NCBI GenBank assembly: GCA_022763735.1
Contig: JALEQY010000065.1
Location: 5,662-69,661, forward strand
Source of the DNA: Clostridiales bacterium
GTDB taxonomy: Bacteria > Bacillota > Clostridia > Peptostreptococcales > Anaerovoracaceae
Direction of reading: 5' to 3'
DNA: 64,000 nucleotides
The notes beneath the pieces were generated by a model that saw only the letters and a program-made list of their open reading frames with translations, was not told the origin of the DNA and ran no database searches. A program made the translations under genes and the position numbers. The first letter of the stretch is position 1, and the number at the start of each line of letters is the position of its first letter. This document shows positions 9,894-19,259 of the stretch, in pieces.

Positions 9894-11739
9894 GTTCCTC
9901 CACTATCCTTTCTGCTATGGAGTCCGCATCCATGCCGTATTTTCTGTAAAGCTCCTCGCATGTGCCGTGCTCGATAAATCTGCCCGGCCATCCGATATTT
10001 AACACTCTGACATCAGTATTTGTCAGAACTGATGATATTTCCTCTCCGATTCCGCCTGCCAGCAGGTTGTCCTCCAGGGTGACGATCAGCGGATATTTCT
10101 CGCCTGATTCAAGAAGCCTTGTACAGTCGAGGGGTTTGATTGAAGCTATATTGATAACACCTGCATCAATGCCCTGCTTCTCAAGTATCTCAGCAGCATC
10201 CAGGGCTTTTGTCACCATCGCACCGGCTGCCCATATCTCAGCATCCGCACCGTTCCTGAGCTGCTGTGCCCTGCCGGGCTCGAAGCTGCTATCAAAATCA
10301 AGCTGAGGTGCAGTCCCTCTTGGATATCTTATTGCACATGGCCCGTCCAGAGAAAGAGCATATTCCATCATCTCTTCCAGTTCTCTGCCGTCTTTTGGAG
10401 CCAGCACTGTCATATTCGGTATATTCCTGAGATAACTGAGGTCAAAAATACCATGATGAGTTTCACCGTCTGCACCTACTATTCCTGCTCGGTCAAGACA
10501 TAAAATCACCGGCAGATTCTGCAGACATACGTCCTCGATTATCTGATCATATGCCCTCTGAAGGAAAGTGGAATAAATTGCTACAAAAGGTCTGCATCCT
10601 GCTTTGGCAAGACCTGCCGCAAATGTGACTGCATGTCCCTCTGCAATTCCCACGTCAAATGTTCTGTCCGGGTATGTTCTGCTGAATTTATCGAGCCCCG
10701 TTCCTTCAATCATTGCGGCACTGACTGCTACAATTCTATCATTCTCCCGAGCCATTTCAATGAGTTTATTCCCGAATATTCTGGAATATGACGGGAGACT
10801 CGTCTTGCTTATGATCTGACCTGTCTCCATATCAAAAGGCCCTATGCCATGGAACACATTAGGGTTCAGTTCTGCCTTGCTGTACCCTTTACCCTTCTGT
10901 GTCATCACGTGAATAAATACAGGCCCCTCTGTATCTCTGGCAAGCCGGAGAGTCTCACACAGCTCACTGATATCATGGCCGTCCACAGGCCCGAAATATT
11001 TGAAACCGAGTTCCTCAAACATAACTCCATCTATCACAGCGTATTTTATGGTGTCCTTGGCATGATGTATCCCTGCCACGAGTTCATCACCTATCAGAGG
11101 CACCTTCGACATATTTTTCTTTATCTGAGCTTTCATGGAAATATATTTTCTCGAACTTCGCAATCTTCCCAGATATCTGGGAAATCCACCTGTATTCTGA
11201 GATATTGACATTCCGTTGTCGTTCAGTATGACAATTATTCTGGAGTTAAGGCTGTCCACGTTATTGAGGGCTTCAAAAGCCAGACCTCCTGTCATAGCTC
11301 CGTCACCGATAACAGATATCACTTCATAATCTTCACCGGCCAGATCTCTGGCAGCTGCCAGCCCAAGCCCTGCAGACACAGATGTACTGCTGTGTCCGGT
11401 ATCAAATACATCATATTCACTCTCATTGCATTTAGGGAATCCGCTCATGCCTCCCATCTGACGCAACGTCCCGAACCGTTCAGCTCTCCCGGTAAGAATC
11501 TTGTGAACATAACTCTGATGCCCTACATCCCATATTATTTTATCTTTCGGAGTATCAAATACTTTATGCAGAGCTACTGTCAGTTCCACAATACCAAGAT
11601 TTGAAGACAGATGACCACCAGTTTTTGAAATTTCTTCCACAAGAAAATCCCGTATCTCGTAGGTAAGCAGCTCCATTTCATCATAGCTCATATTTTTAAG
11701 ATCCTGCGGAAACTCATGTTTCGCCAGATATTTGTTCAT
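9877..11739 (-). CDS. dxs: 1-deoxy-D-xylulose-5-phosphate synthase
   Basis: 620 aa with GGHLSSNLG, the GDGAMTGG ThDP motif and the transketolase-like C-terminal half. Confidence 0.97.
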   Translation of the reverse strand: MNKYLAKHEFPQDLKNMSYDEMELLTYEIRDFLVEEISKTGGHLSSNLGIVELTVALHKVFDTPKDKIIWDVGHQSYVHKILTGRAERFGTLRQMGGMSGFPKCNESEYDVFDTGHSSTSVSAGLGLAAARDLAGEDYEVISVIGDGAMTGGLAFEALNNVDSLNSRIIVILNDNGMSISQNTGGFPRYLGRLRSSRKYISMKAQIKKNMSKVPLIGDELVAGIHHAKDTIKYAVIDGVMFEELGFKYFGPVDGHDISELCETLRLARDTEGPVFIHVMTQKGKGYSKAELNPNVFHGIGPFDMETGQIISKTSLPSYSRIFGNKLIEMARENDRIVAVSAAMIEGTGLDKFSRTYPDRTFDVGIAEGHAVTFAAGLAKAGCRPFVAIYSTFLQRAYDQIIEDVCLQNLPVILCLDRAGIVGADGETHHGIFDLSYLRNIPNMTVLAPKDGRELEEMMEYALSLDGPCAIRYPRGTAPQLDFDSSFEPGRAQQLRNGADAEIWAAGAMVTKALDAAEILEKQGIDAGVINIASIKPLDCTRLLESGEKYPLIVTLEDNLLAGGIGEEISSVLTNTDVRVLNIGWPGRFIEHGTCEELYRKYGMDADSIAERIVEELEKQA

Positions 11740-11740
11740 T

Positions 11741-12646
11741 TTATTTACCTCTTACTGCCAAATCTTTTGCTAGTCTGGTGAAAACCTCCGCATTATCATA
11801 ATACTGGGATAATGCATCAACAGCCGTATCAGTCAGATTGTTCAGGCGCTTCTTTGATTCTTCAAGCCCGTAAAGGCCGGGATATGTGGCTTTCTTGTTC
11901 ACACTGTCCATACCGGCTTTTTTGCCCATTTCCTCTTCTGAGCCCTCAACATCCAGTATATCATCACATATCTGGAATGCCAGTCCCAGGTTCTCGGCAT
12001 ATACAGTCAGATTTTCCAGGAGTTCATTGTCCGGATTGCCCAACTGAGCACCTGCTCTCACGGCTGCCACAATAAGAGCTGCAGTTTTCGTAAGGTGTAT
12101 ATAATCGAGCATTTCCTTTGAGCTGCTCTTGTTCTCTGCCTCCATATCCGCCACCTGTCCTGCGACAATACCGCGGCATCCTGATCCTTTGCAGATTTCA
12201 TAAGAAGCACGTATCCTTCGTTTCAGTGCATCGGGATCATCGAAATAAAGGAGCATGTCTCTGTTCATGGCCTCGAATGCCGCTGACTGCAGCCCGTCTC
12301 CAGCCAGAGTCGCCATAGCTTCTCCGTAAACTATGTGATTGGTCGGTCTGCCCCTTCTCAGTTCATCATTGTCCATACAAGGCAGGTCATCGTGTATCAG
12401 AGAATAAGTGTGAATATACTCTATCGCGCATGCATAAGGCAGAGCTTCTTCAACCTTGCCCCCGCAGAAATCGCATGCAGCCAGCAGAAGTATAGGACGT
12501 ATTCTCTTGCCCCCGGAGGAAAGACTGTATTTCATGGAGTCGTATAACGTAATACTTTTATGGTCAACATCCGGTATGAAATCCATCAGATGTTCTTCAA
12601 ACAGTTCTTTATAATCTTCAAATGTATATTCCTTCACAGCACACAC
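11741..12646 (-). CDS. ispA: polyprenyl (farnesyl/geranylgeranyl) diphosphate synthase
   Basis: Both aspartate-rich motifs are present (LIHDDLPCMDND and ICDDILD). The track start is a GTG immediately after GGAGG. A GTG 9 nt further in (12637) has better RBS spacing, so the start is uncertain by 3 codons. Confidence 0.9.
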   Translation of the reverse strand: MCAVKEYTFEDYKELFEEHLMDFIPDVDHKSITLYDSMKYSLSSGGKRIRPILLLAACDFCGGKVEEALPYACAIEYIHTYSLIHDDLPCMDNDELRRGRPTNHIVYGEAMATLAGDGLQSAAFEAMNRDMLLYFDDPDALKRRIRASYEICKGSGCRGIVAGQVADMEAENKSSSKEMLDYIHLTKTAALIVAAVRAGAQLGNPDNELLENLTVYAENLGLAFQICDDILDVEGSEEEMGKKAGMDSVNKKATYPGLYGLEESKKRLNNLTDTAVDALSQYYDNAEVFTRLAKDLAVRGK

Positions 12647-12650
12647 CTCC

Positions 12651-12839
12651 TCATTCTGTTAATGTTTCAATCTTCTGGTTCGCCTTTTCCAGTATATCGC
12701 TGCATTCCCTGTAATATCTGATTCCTTCCTCATAGCTTGATATGGCATCTTCAAGAGATATGTTATCTGATTTGAGTCTTGCTGATGCTTCCTCAAGCTT
12801 TTTTAGAGTTTCTTCAAAATTTTTTTTCTGTTCTGTCAT
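12651..12839 (-). CDS. xseB: exodeoxyribonuclease VII small subunit
   Basis: 62-aa helical protein (FEETLKKLEE...LEDAISSYEEG) directly after xseA. Confidence 0.9.
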   Translation of the reverse strand: MTEQKKNFEETLKKLEEASARLKSDNISLEDAISSYEEGIRYYRECSDILEKANQKIETLTE

Positions 12840-12842
12840 TTG

Positions 12843-14051
12843 TCAATCCCTCCTGGTGATGGTTATTCTGGCTTGTGCTGTGCCTGTAAATGCTCTGATA
12901 CTGACAAGCTCGTTCTCTCTGAGAGCCCCCGCATCTTTGACTATCACACCTGCTTCATCTGTCACGACAGAATAGCCCTTTTCCAGTATATTATCGGGAT
13001 TACAGGCTTCAAGACTTTCTCTTATAATATCAAGTCTGTGCCTGTAATCTCTGATTTTCGTTCTAAGCTGCTCTCCCATTTTCTGAGCAGTATTGTCAAG
13101 TCTCATATGATCCATGATAATCCTGCTTCGGATATCCCTGCCGAAAGCTTCGGGATCAAGAAGCTCCAGCCTCTTTCTCCTGTCCTCAACTATCATCTTC
13201 AGATTACGTTTCATTTCTTTATTAATTGTTTCCAGAGTTTCTCTAATTAGAAATGTATCCGGAACAGCACGTTCTGCTGCCGCTGTAGGTGTCTCCGCCC
13301 TGAGATCAGCGACAAAATCTGCTATGGTGAAGTCTGTTTCATGGCCGACTGCAGATATAACCGGTATCTCGGATTCATATATACTCCTGGCCACGATTTC
13401 TTCATTAAAAGCCCATAGCTCTTCCATGGATCCTCCGCCTCTGCCGGCTATTATGATATCCACATCGCCATGATGCAGATTCAGATCTTCTATGGCTGCC
13501 GATATCTCCCCTGCTGCACCGGGTCCCTGTACAAGCACTGGGTAAATGAGAATATCTGTGAAACTGTTTTTTCTTTTTATTGTTTTAACTATATCTCTGA
13601 CTGCAGCACCTGTTTCAGATGTTACAACCGCAACCTTGCGGGGAAAAGCCGGGATTGCTTTCTTATGCTCTGTATCGAAGAGTCCTTCCTTCTCAAGCTT
13701 TACCTTCAGCTTCTGAAACTCTGCAGCAAGATTACCCTGACCGGACACCTGTATATCTCTTATATTCAGAGAATAGCTTCCTCCTCTTTCATACAGGTAA
13801 ATATATCCGCTTGCTGTTACCTCCAGACCTTCTTCGAGCTCGCACGCCAGTACCGCGAATTTATCAGCAGGAAGGAAACAGCTGACTTTGCTGTTTTCAT
13901 CCTTGAGAGAAAAATACACATGACCGGAACCGTGAAATTTAAGATTTGAAATTTCTCCGATCACCGACACATTGCCAAGTATGGGATCCGTCTGAAGTAT
14001 TCTCTTGATATAACTGTTGAGCTGTGATACTCGTACTGGTTTCAAAGCCAT
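12843..14051 (-). CDS. xseA: exodeoxyribonuclease VII large subunit
   Basis: 402 aa with an N-terminal OB fold (VRVSQLNSYIKRIL...GEISNLKFHGSGHVYFSLKD) and the GRGGGSMEELWAFN motif. Confidence 0.95.
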   Translation of the reverse strand: MALKPVRVSQLNSYIKRILQTDPILGNVSVIGEISNLKFHGSGHVYFSLKDENSKVSCFLPADKFAVLACELEEGLEVTASGYIYLYERGGSYSLNIRDIQVSGQGNLAAEFQKLKVKLEKEGLFDTEHKKAIPAFPRKVAVVTSETGAAVRDIVKTIKRKNSFTDILIYPVLVQGPGAAGEISAAIEDLNLHHGDVDIIIAGRGGGSMEELWAFNEEIVARSIYESEIPVISAVGHETDFTIADFVADLRAETPTAAAERAVPDTFLIRETLETINKEMKRNLKMIVEDRRKRLELLDPEAFGRDIRSRIIMDHMRLDNTAQKMGEQLRTKIRDYRHRLDIIRESLEACNPDNILEKGYSVVTDEAGVIVKDAGALRENELVSIRAFTGTAQARITITRRD

Positions 14052-15001
14052 AGTTTTTTTCCTCCGAGAAGTGCGGTTCCTACAGCATTGTCCTGTGACA
14101 GACCGTTGTTTTCGAACACTGCACTGATACCGTTTTTCTCAAGCTTCGACGATACTGCCTGTCTTATAAACATGCTTGAAGAAACCCCTCCTGCCATAAG
14201 TATATCGGTTATACCTGTCATCTGTGAGCCCTGTATGAGCATTAAGGCAACAGCATCTGAAAGTTTACCGAAAATTTCCCGTATGAACTTCGGTCTGATA
14301 TCACTGCTGCCCATCAGTATATTCTTTATCTGAGTATCGATTCCCGACAGATTGAGCCAGCTGTCTTTCACTCTGATGGAAGTAAGCAGCTCCGTTTCAT
14401 CATCGGCTTCCACCGCAAGCCTGTCCATTTCTTCCCCTGCCGGGAATTCCATTCCCATGGCAACACCTGCTCTATCTATTACCTGTCCCAGCGAAATATC
14501 TTTTGTTCCACCTATTATTTTAACATCATAGCCTGCGCACTCTGACGTCACATCAAGAAGCTCACATGTGCCGCCCGAAAAATGACAGGCAAGAAATCTG
14601 TTCTGGTTTTTCAGCGGGGAATACGCTCTGATAGCTTCAATATGTCCCTCCTGATGTGAAAAGGAAAAGGACGGTATGTCCATAGCTGACGCCAGACTTG
14701 CAGCAAGGCTTTCTCCTGCGAGAAAAACAGGCATATACGACCCTTCAACAGGCCGGGGCCTTGATGAATATGCAACAGCATCAAAACGTCCGTCAAACTT
14801 ATGACGTACATCCTTCATAAGTTCCGGCAGATTCTTTACATGCTGAAAAAGGGCGTCAGATTGTCTCAGACCTCTCTCGCCCCGTTTTACTTTCAGAAAC
14901 CTGCGTAAATCGCAGATAATATTACCGTTTCTGTCTGTTACGGCAACCGATGTTTTGTAGTTGCTCGTATCTACCCCTAAAATATATCCGCTGTTATTCA
15001 T
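14042..15001 (-). CDS. Kae1/TsaD-like (ASKHA fold, peptidase M22 family) protein
   Basis: The track ORF (to 15118) would overlap nusB by 125 nt. The ATG at 15001 (MNNSGYILGVDTSNYKTS) overlaps the nusB stop by only 8 nt. It has the GVDTS phosphate-1 motif and an HQEGH metal motif like TsaD. Confidence 0.7.
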   Translation of the reverse strand: MNNSGYILGVDTSNYKTSVAVTDRNGNIICDLRRFLKVKRGERGLRQSDALFQHVKNLPELMKDVRHKFDGRFDAVAYSSRPRPVEGSYMPVFLAGESLAASLASAMDIPSFSFSHQEGHIEAIRAYSPLKNQNRFLACHFSGGTCELLDVTSECAGYDVKIIGGTKDISLGQVIDRAGVAMGMEFPAGEEMDRLAVEADDETELLTSIRVKDSWLNLSGIDTQIKNILMGSSDIRPKFIREIFGKLSDAVALMLIQGSQMTGITDILMAGGVSSSMFIRQAVSSKLEKNGISAVFENNGLSQDNAVGTALLGGKKLWL

Positions 15002-15392
15002 CTTCTTTAAAAATTGAACCAAGTACACCGTGAATATATCTGGACGACTGAGGAGTACTGTATTTCCTGGCAAGATTGATTGCTTCATTAACGGAAACGG
15101 CAGTAGGTATATCTTCACATGCCCGTACCTCGCCTATGCTCAGTCTCATTATCGCCAGGTCCACCTTGGGCATTCTTCCTGTCTTCCATGCTCTGCTGTG
15201 GGTATTGATTTCCTGGTCTATATCTTCAATATGTTCAGTGATATATGTCAGCAGATCTTTTCCTCTGACAATATGATTTCCCGAAAGTCTGTCTTCTGCC
15301 AGTTTCACTGCTGTTTCAGCATTCATTGTTCTGGCTGATTCCATTTCAAACATTATCTGCATCAGTATCTCACGTGCTTCATTTCTCGTCAT
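14994..15392 (-). CDS. nusB: transcription antitermination factor NusB
   Basis: The start was trimmed to MTRNEAREILMQIMF (ATG 15392, with GGAGGAA upstream). The C-terminal INEAINLARKYS...YIHGVLG matches NusB. Confidence 0.9.
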   Translation of the reverse strand: MTRNEAREILMQIMFEMESARTMNAETAVKLAEDRLSGNHIVRGKDLLTYITEHIEDIDQEINTHSRAWKTGRMPKVDLAIMRLSIGEVRACEDIPTAVSVNEAINLARKYSTPQSSRYIHGVLGSIFKEDE

Positions 15393-15762
15393 TTGTCTCT
15401 GGTTCCTCCGATGGTATTTCAACGCCCTGTACATGGATATTAACTGCTGTAACATCTATATCGGTCATAGATCTGACTTCATTTCTGACATTTTCCTGTA
15501 TATCCCATGCAACAGCCGGTATTCTGGCATGATACTTCACATTTATAAATACGTCTATCTGAACAACACCGTCTGACTGTGACACTCTAACACCTTTTGA
15601 AAGAAGCTCCTTGCCCAGCAGGCTCTTTGACAATGTGTTTGAAATACCTCCTGCAAGTCCTGCAACGCCTTCGGTTTTGAGGGTAGCATTGACAGCACAC
15701 ACTGCAATAACCTCGTCAGAGATTTTAACCGTTCCCTCAGCATGTTCCTTTGATGTACTCAT
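15379..15762 (-). CDS. Asp23/Gls24-family alkaline shock protein
   Basis: 127 aa. GTVKISDEVIAVCA...GVAGL...GVRV is typical of the family, and the conserved position between spoIIIA and nusB fits. Confidence 0.85.
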   Translation of the reverse strand: MSTSKEHAEGTVKISDEVIAVCAVNATLKTEGVAGLAGGISNTLSKSLLGKELLSKGVRVSQSDGVVQIDVFINVKYHARIPAVAWDIQENVRNEVRSMTDIDVTAVNIHVQGVEIPSEEPETNDEK

Positions 15763-15835
15763 AAAATCACCTCTGACAGCATTATATCAAAATATGTCTG
15801 AAAACACAATGTCTTTAACATTTCCGCCGATAATC

Positions 15836-16447
15836 TCATCCCGCCTTCTGTATCACAAGTTCACCGGCACTCCTGTCTGTCTCTCTCATTATAATCTCGC
15901 TGATCTTGGTAACCGTAGACTGATCCAGCTCTGTGGAGTTTACCGTAACGTTCACTCCACTGTCGGTAATAACAACGAAACATTCCGGCAGACCTTTATT
16001 CTTTATCAGAGCTTCTATGGTTTTTTCCTGTTCCATATAATTCAGAAGCCTCATCTTCTCAGCAGATGCTTCTTCTTTCTCTGCTTCTGATGATGCAGAG
16101 TTTTCTGCATCAGTAAGCATCGAAATAATTCTGTTCCTATCCATATCAAGTGTTGCTCTCATTTCCTGGAAATATGCATCACTGTTCTCAAGCTCCGATA
16201 CATCATCAGATGTCACCAGCTCAGATTCATCAGCACTTCCTTCTGACGGTTCTCCCTCATCCTGGACATTGAGACTGTCCACAAGAACATCGCCGTCGTG
16301 AATCGGAATATCTTCACTGGCGGTTTTATCAGAGGATATGCCGCCAATAGCTGTATACACCCCCAGGCATATCACCAGCATCATAAGGCCCGCTGCCTTT
16401 CTGCGGTTATTTCTGATAAAAGTGAAAAACGATTTTTTACTGCTCAT
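15836..16447 (-). CDS. spoIIIAH: stage III sporulation protein AH
   Basis: 203 aa with an N-terminal TM segment, an acidic linker and a C-terminal IEALIKNKGLPECFVVITDSGVNVTV ring-building-motif region. It is the last gene of the spoIIIA operon. Confidence 0.8.
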   Translation of the reverse strand: MSSKKSFFTFIRNNRRKAAGLMMLVICLGVYTAIGGISSDKTASEDIPIHDGDVLVDSLNVQDEGEPSEGSADESELVTSDDVSELENSDAYFQEMRATLDMDRNRIISMLTDAENSASSEAEKEEASAEKMRLLNYMEQEKTIEALIKNKGLPECFVVITDSGVNVTVNSTELDQSTVTKISEIIMRETDRSAGELVIQKAG

Positions 16448-16841
16448 CCTCTATTTCCTCCTCATTATTCCCTGCAGCTTTTTTCTCAAATACTTCGACA
16501 CTTGATGACGGTATATTGAAAACCGCCATCACCGCATTTATAAGATTGTTTTTTACAACCGGATTCCCGGCACCTTCTGCAGTTACGATAGCTCCTGTTA
16601 TTTTTTCATCTTCTCCGTACTGCAGCATAACATCAACATCACCTGCTCCATTTATATCTGACAGAATCATACACAGCTCGCTTTCTGTACCTCCATCCTC
16701 ATCAATTATCTGTCGCCTGCCATCCCTGCTCTGTGTAAACACGTCAAAGGACAGTATCACCACTGCCAGTATTATCATCAGAGCGATTATTTTAAGTGCT
16801 TTATCCCTGCAGGAAGGGTCATTTTTCCATTTTTCCAGCAA
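16437..16841 (-). CDS. spoIIIAG: stage III sporulation protein AG (short form)
   Basis: 134 aa with one TM segment, then ILSDINGAGDVDVML...GAIVTAEGAGNPVVKNNLINAVMAVFNI, which matches the SpoIIIAG core. Its operon position also fits. Confidence 0.75.
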   Translation of the reverse strand: MLEKWKNDPSCRDKALKIIALMIILAVVILSFDVFTQSRDGRRQIIDEDGGTESELCMILSDINGAGDVDVMLQYGEDEKITGAIVTAEGAGNPVVKNNLINAVMAVFNIPSSSVEVFEKKAAGNNEEEIEDEQ

Positions 16842-16879
16842 AACGGTTCCTCCTTAAATATATTTCACCTGGTATACTA

Positions 16880-17050
16880 TTATTCCTGCACAAGATAAAT
16901 TACCGGATACAGTATCGTTGCCATGATGACAAGGGAAAACACGAATTTAAGATATTTTCCCATTGAACTGTCCGGCAGCAGGATTTCAATAAACGTCACT
17001 GCCGAAATTATGATGAACAGGTTACTGACCCACTGTTTGACTATTTCCAA
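16880..17050 (-). CDS. spoIIIAF: stage III sporulation protein AF, membrane-segment-only mini form (56 codons)
   Basis: It is absent from the ORF track because it is under 60 aa. The TTG at 17050 is preceded by GGAGGAGGAAG. Translation gives (M)EIVKQWVSNLFIIISAVTFIEILLPDSSMGKYLKFVFSLVIMATILYPVIYLVQE, then TAA at 16880-16882. This is two hydrophobic segments with the LLP...KY signature of SpoIIIAF N-termini, located between spoIIIAE and spoIIIAG. Confidence 0.55.
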   Translation of the reverse strand: MEIVKQWVSNLFIIISAVTFIEILLPDSSMGKYLKFVFSLVIMATILYPVIYLVQE

Positions 17051-18129
17051 AGACTTCCTCCTCCTATCCCCATCAGTACAGTTATAAATACCAGGAACAT
17101 CATTGCTGCAGCTGCCAGAATGACTGCCATAGTGACAGCTGCGTTTCCTATTTCACTGAGACTGTCCGATATATTTTTAGATGCGACCGGTTCAGCTGCA
17201 ATGGCGGTTATTTTATAAATGACGGCAATGGCGGCAACCTTTATCACCGGCATTGCAATAACTGTTATTACTGCTATTATGCCTATAATACCGACAGCAT
17301 TCTTGATCAGTCCTATGCAGCTTATCACCATCTCCAGAGAGTCTGCTGCAAAACCACCTATGATCGGTACAAAATTATCGATGGAAAATCTTGCTGTATT
17401 AATCAGTATTCCGTCAGCGGATTTTGTTATTAACCCCTGTACAGCTGTAATCCCAGAAAAAATTGTGATGCACAGTCCGACTGTGAATAAGGCGCATCTC
17501 CTGAGAAACACTGACAGCTTACTGATATAATCCTTTTCTGTAATGCTGTTTATCATAACAAAGATTGCCGAAAGAAACACCAGAGGCAGCACAATGTGCT
17601 GCATTATGAAATCGAAACCGGTCACTGCCCCCATTATCACAGGATCAAGTATACTTCCAGACGAAATACCTCCCATCGAAACAAGCAGCGGTATCATGAC
17701 AGGAAGAAGAATCAGCATCGTTGATGACATGGTATTCACAGCATCACAGCAGTAGCCGTATGTCTGGTAAAAGCTGCCTATACACAATGCTATCACCACA
17801 AAACTGCATATTACAGTACCCAGCGAAGATACAGTGCTTTTTCCAAAAGAACCGGAAAAGTTTGTGAGAAGTCCTATGACAATGCAGACAGTCAGTATTT
17901 CACAGCCCAGAAGTACAGATGATTTCACTTCCATGATAAAGAGCTGCATCAGATCATCCAGTATTCTATCTGAATCAAATATCGGTCTGCCCTTCAGCAG
18001 ATCATCCACAATCTGCGCCACAGTCACATCTTCAAAAGTACTGCCGGCGCCGGCATCCCGTGTAAGCTCCTCAAGCTCAGATAAATCCATGGAGCTCAGC
18101 TGATCATGTATTATTGTTTCATAATCCAT
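17041..18129 (-). CDS. spoIIIAE: stage III sporulation protein AE
   Basis: 362-aa polytopic membrane protein in the expected operon position. Confidence 0.9.
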   Translation of the reverse strand: MDYETIIHDQLSSMDLSELEELTRDAGAGSTFEDVTVAQIVDDLLKGRPIFDSDRILDDLMQLFIMEVKSSVLLGCEILTVCIVIGLLTNFSGSFGKSTVSSLGTVICSFVVIALCIGSFYQTYGYCCDAVNTMSSTMLILLPVMIPLLVSMGGISSGSILDPVIMGAVTGFDFIMQHIVLPLVFLSAIFVMINSITEKDYISKLSVFLRRCALFTVGLCITIFSGITAVQGLITKSADGILINTARFSIDNFVPIIGGFAADSLEMVISCIGLIKNAVGIIGIIAVITVIAMPVIKVAAIAVIYKITAIAAEPVASKNISDSLSEIGNAAVTMAVILAAAAMMFLVFITVLMGIGGGSLWK

Positions 18130-18141
18130 TTTTTCTCCCCG

Positions 18142-18528
18142 TCAGTCAAGCAGCGAACTTATAAGCTCAAGTATTGCACTGAGAACAGGCATCGCCAGAT
18201 AAAAAATCATCACTTTACCTGCCAGCTCAACCTTGCTTCCAATGGCATTTTCACCGGAATCCCTGCACAGCTGAGCTGTAAAATCTGTGATGTATGCCAC
18301 TGCAAGGACTTTGATTATCACAGGGAAAAAGGACCTGCCATATGTCACATTATCGTATATTCCTTCAAGAAATCTGAAGGCTTCCCAGAGTTTGTCGATT
18401 ATCGACAGAAAAAGTATGATTACAGTAGCTAATATTATGTAAATCGTAATTTCTTTGTTTACGGTCTTCATCACAGATGCCAGTATGACTCCTGTCAGTG
18501 CAACTGCGGCAATCTTCAGTATCTCCAT
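18142..18528 (-). CDS. spoIIIAD: stage III sporulation protein AD
   Basis: 128-aa membrane protein (MEILKIAAVALTGVILASVMK...) in the expected operon position. Confidence 0.9.
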   Translation of the reverse strand: MEILKIAAVALTGVILASVMKTVNKEITIYIILATVIILFLSIIDKLWEAFRFLEGIYDNVTYGRSFFPVIIKVLAVAYITDFTAQLCRDSGENAIGSKVELAGKVMIFYLAMPVLSAILELISSLLD

Positions 18529-18536
18529 AAGCTCAC

Positions 18537-18731
18537 CTAGAATGTAAGAAAGGTTTTAACCGTATCAAAAAATTCGGTTATCATCTGTATGATAAGCATC
18601 AGAACCACTATGACTCCCGCCAGTGTCGTCATCATAGCCTGTTCTTCCCTGCCTGCCTTTATCAGTACCTGGTTCAGCACTGCAATTGCGATACCGATAG
18701 CAGCTATTTTGAATATGATATCTATATCCAT
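18537..18731 (-). CDS. spoIIIAC: stage III sporulation protein AC
   Basis: 64 aa with two TM segments (IFKIAAIGIAIAVLNQVLIKAGREEQA). Confidence 0.9.
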   Translation of the reverse strand: MDIDIIFKIAAIGIAIAVLNQVLIKAGREEQAMMTTLAGVIVVLMLIIQMITEFFDTVKTFLTF

Positions 18732-18740
18732 GTACCTACC

Positions 18741-19259
18741 TCACAAAAATAAAATAACTATCACAAGCCCTGCTGATATTCCCAGGCTTCTGTACATACG
18801 CCCCTGCTTTTTTTCCTGCTCTGATGCTTCATGCAGTGCCGATGTCAGTCTCAGCAGTGCCGGCTCAAACACACTGCTCTGTCCTGTCGTGTCACTTTTG
18901 CCAAGGCCCATGGCAAGATCCTTCAATACCTCCAGATCGTCACAGCATAAAGGGCACATGGCCATGCTTCTTTCGATTGATGTCCGCCATGCTTCCTCTA
19001 TCGTCATGTGCAGTGCCAGCAGGTCACTGCAGCTTATGAGCAGATCTGAAAACCAGCACTCCTTAAGATCTGCTGTTTTAACAAAGGTTTTCTGCAATGA
19101 ATCTTTTCTGTAGGTGATATCCATCTGCAGCATACGGAGAAGTTCTATGGTGTTCTCCAGTTCTGTACGCCTTGATTTGTATGAAGCGGATTTAAGCAGC
19201 CCGATGCACGTGCTTCCTGCAAAAATCATAATACAGCCAAGTATCTTAAACATCGTCAT
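18741..19259 (-). CDS. spoIIIAB: stage III sporulation protein AB
   Basis: 172 aa with an N-terminal TM segment and a helical domain. It has a 4-nt overlap with spoIIIAA. Confidence 0.85.
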   Translation of the reverse strand: MTMFKILGCIMIFAGSTCIGLLKSASYKSRRTELENTIELLRMLQMDITYRKDSLQKTFVKTADLKECWFSDLLISCSDLLALHMTIEEAWRTSIERSMAMCPLCCDDLEVLKDLAMGLGKSDTTGQSSVFEPALLRLTSALHEASEQEKKQGRMYRSLGISAGLVIVILFL

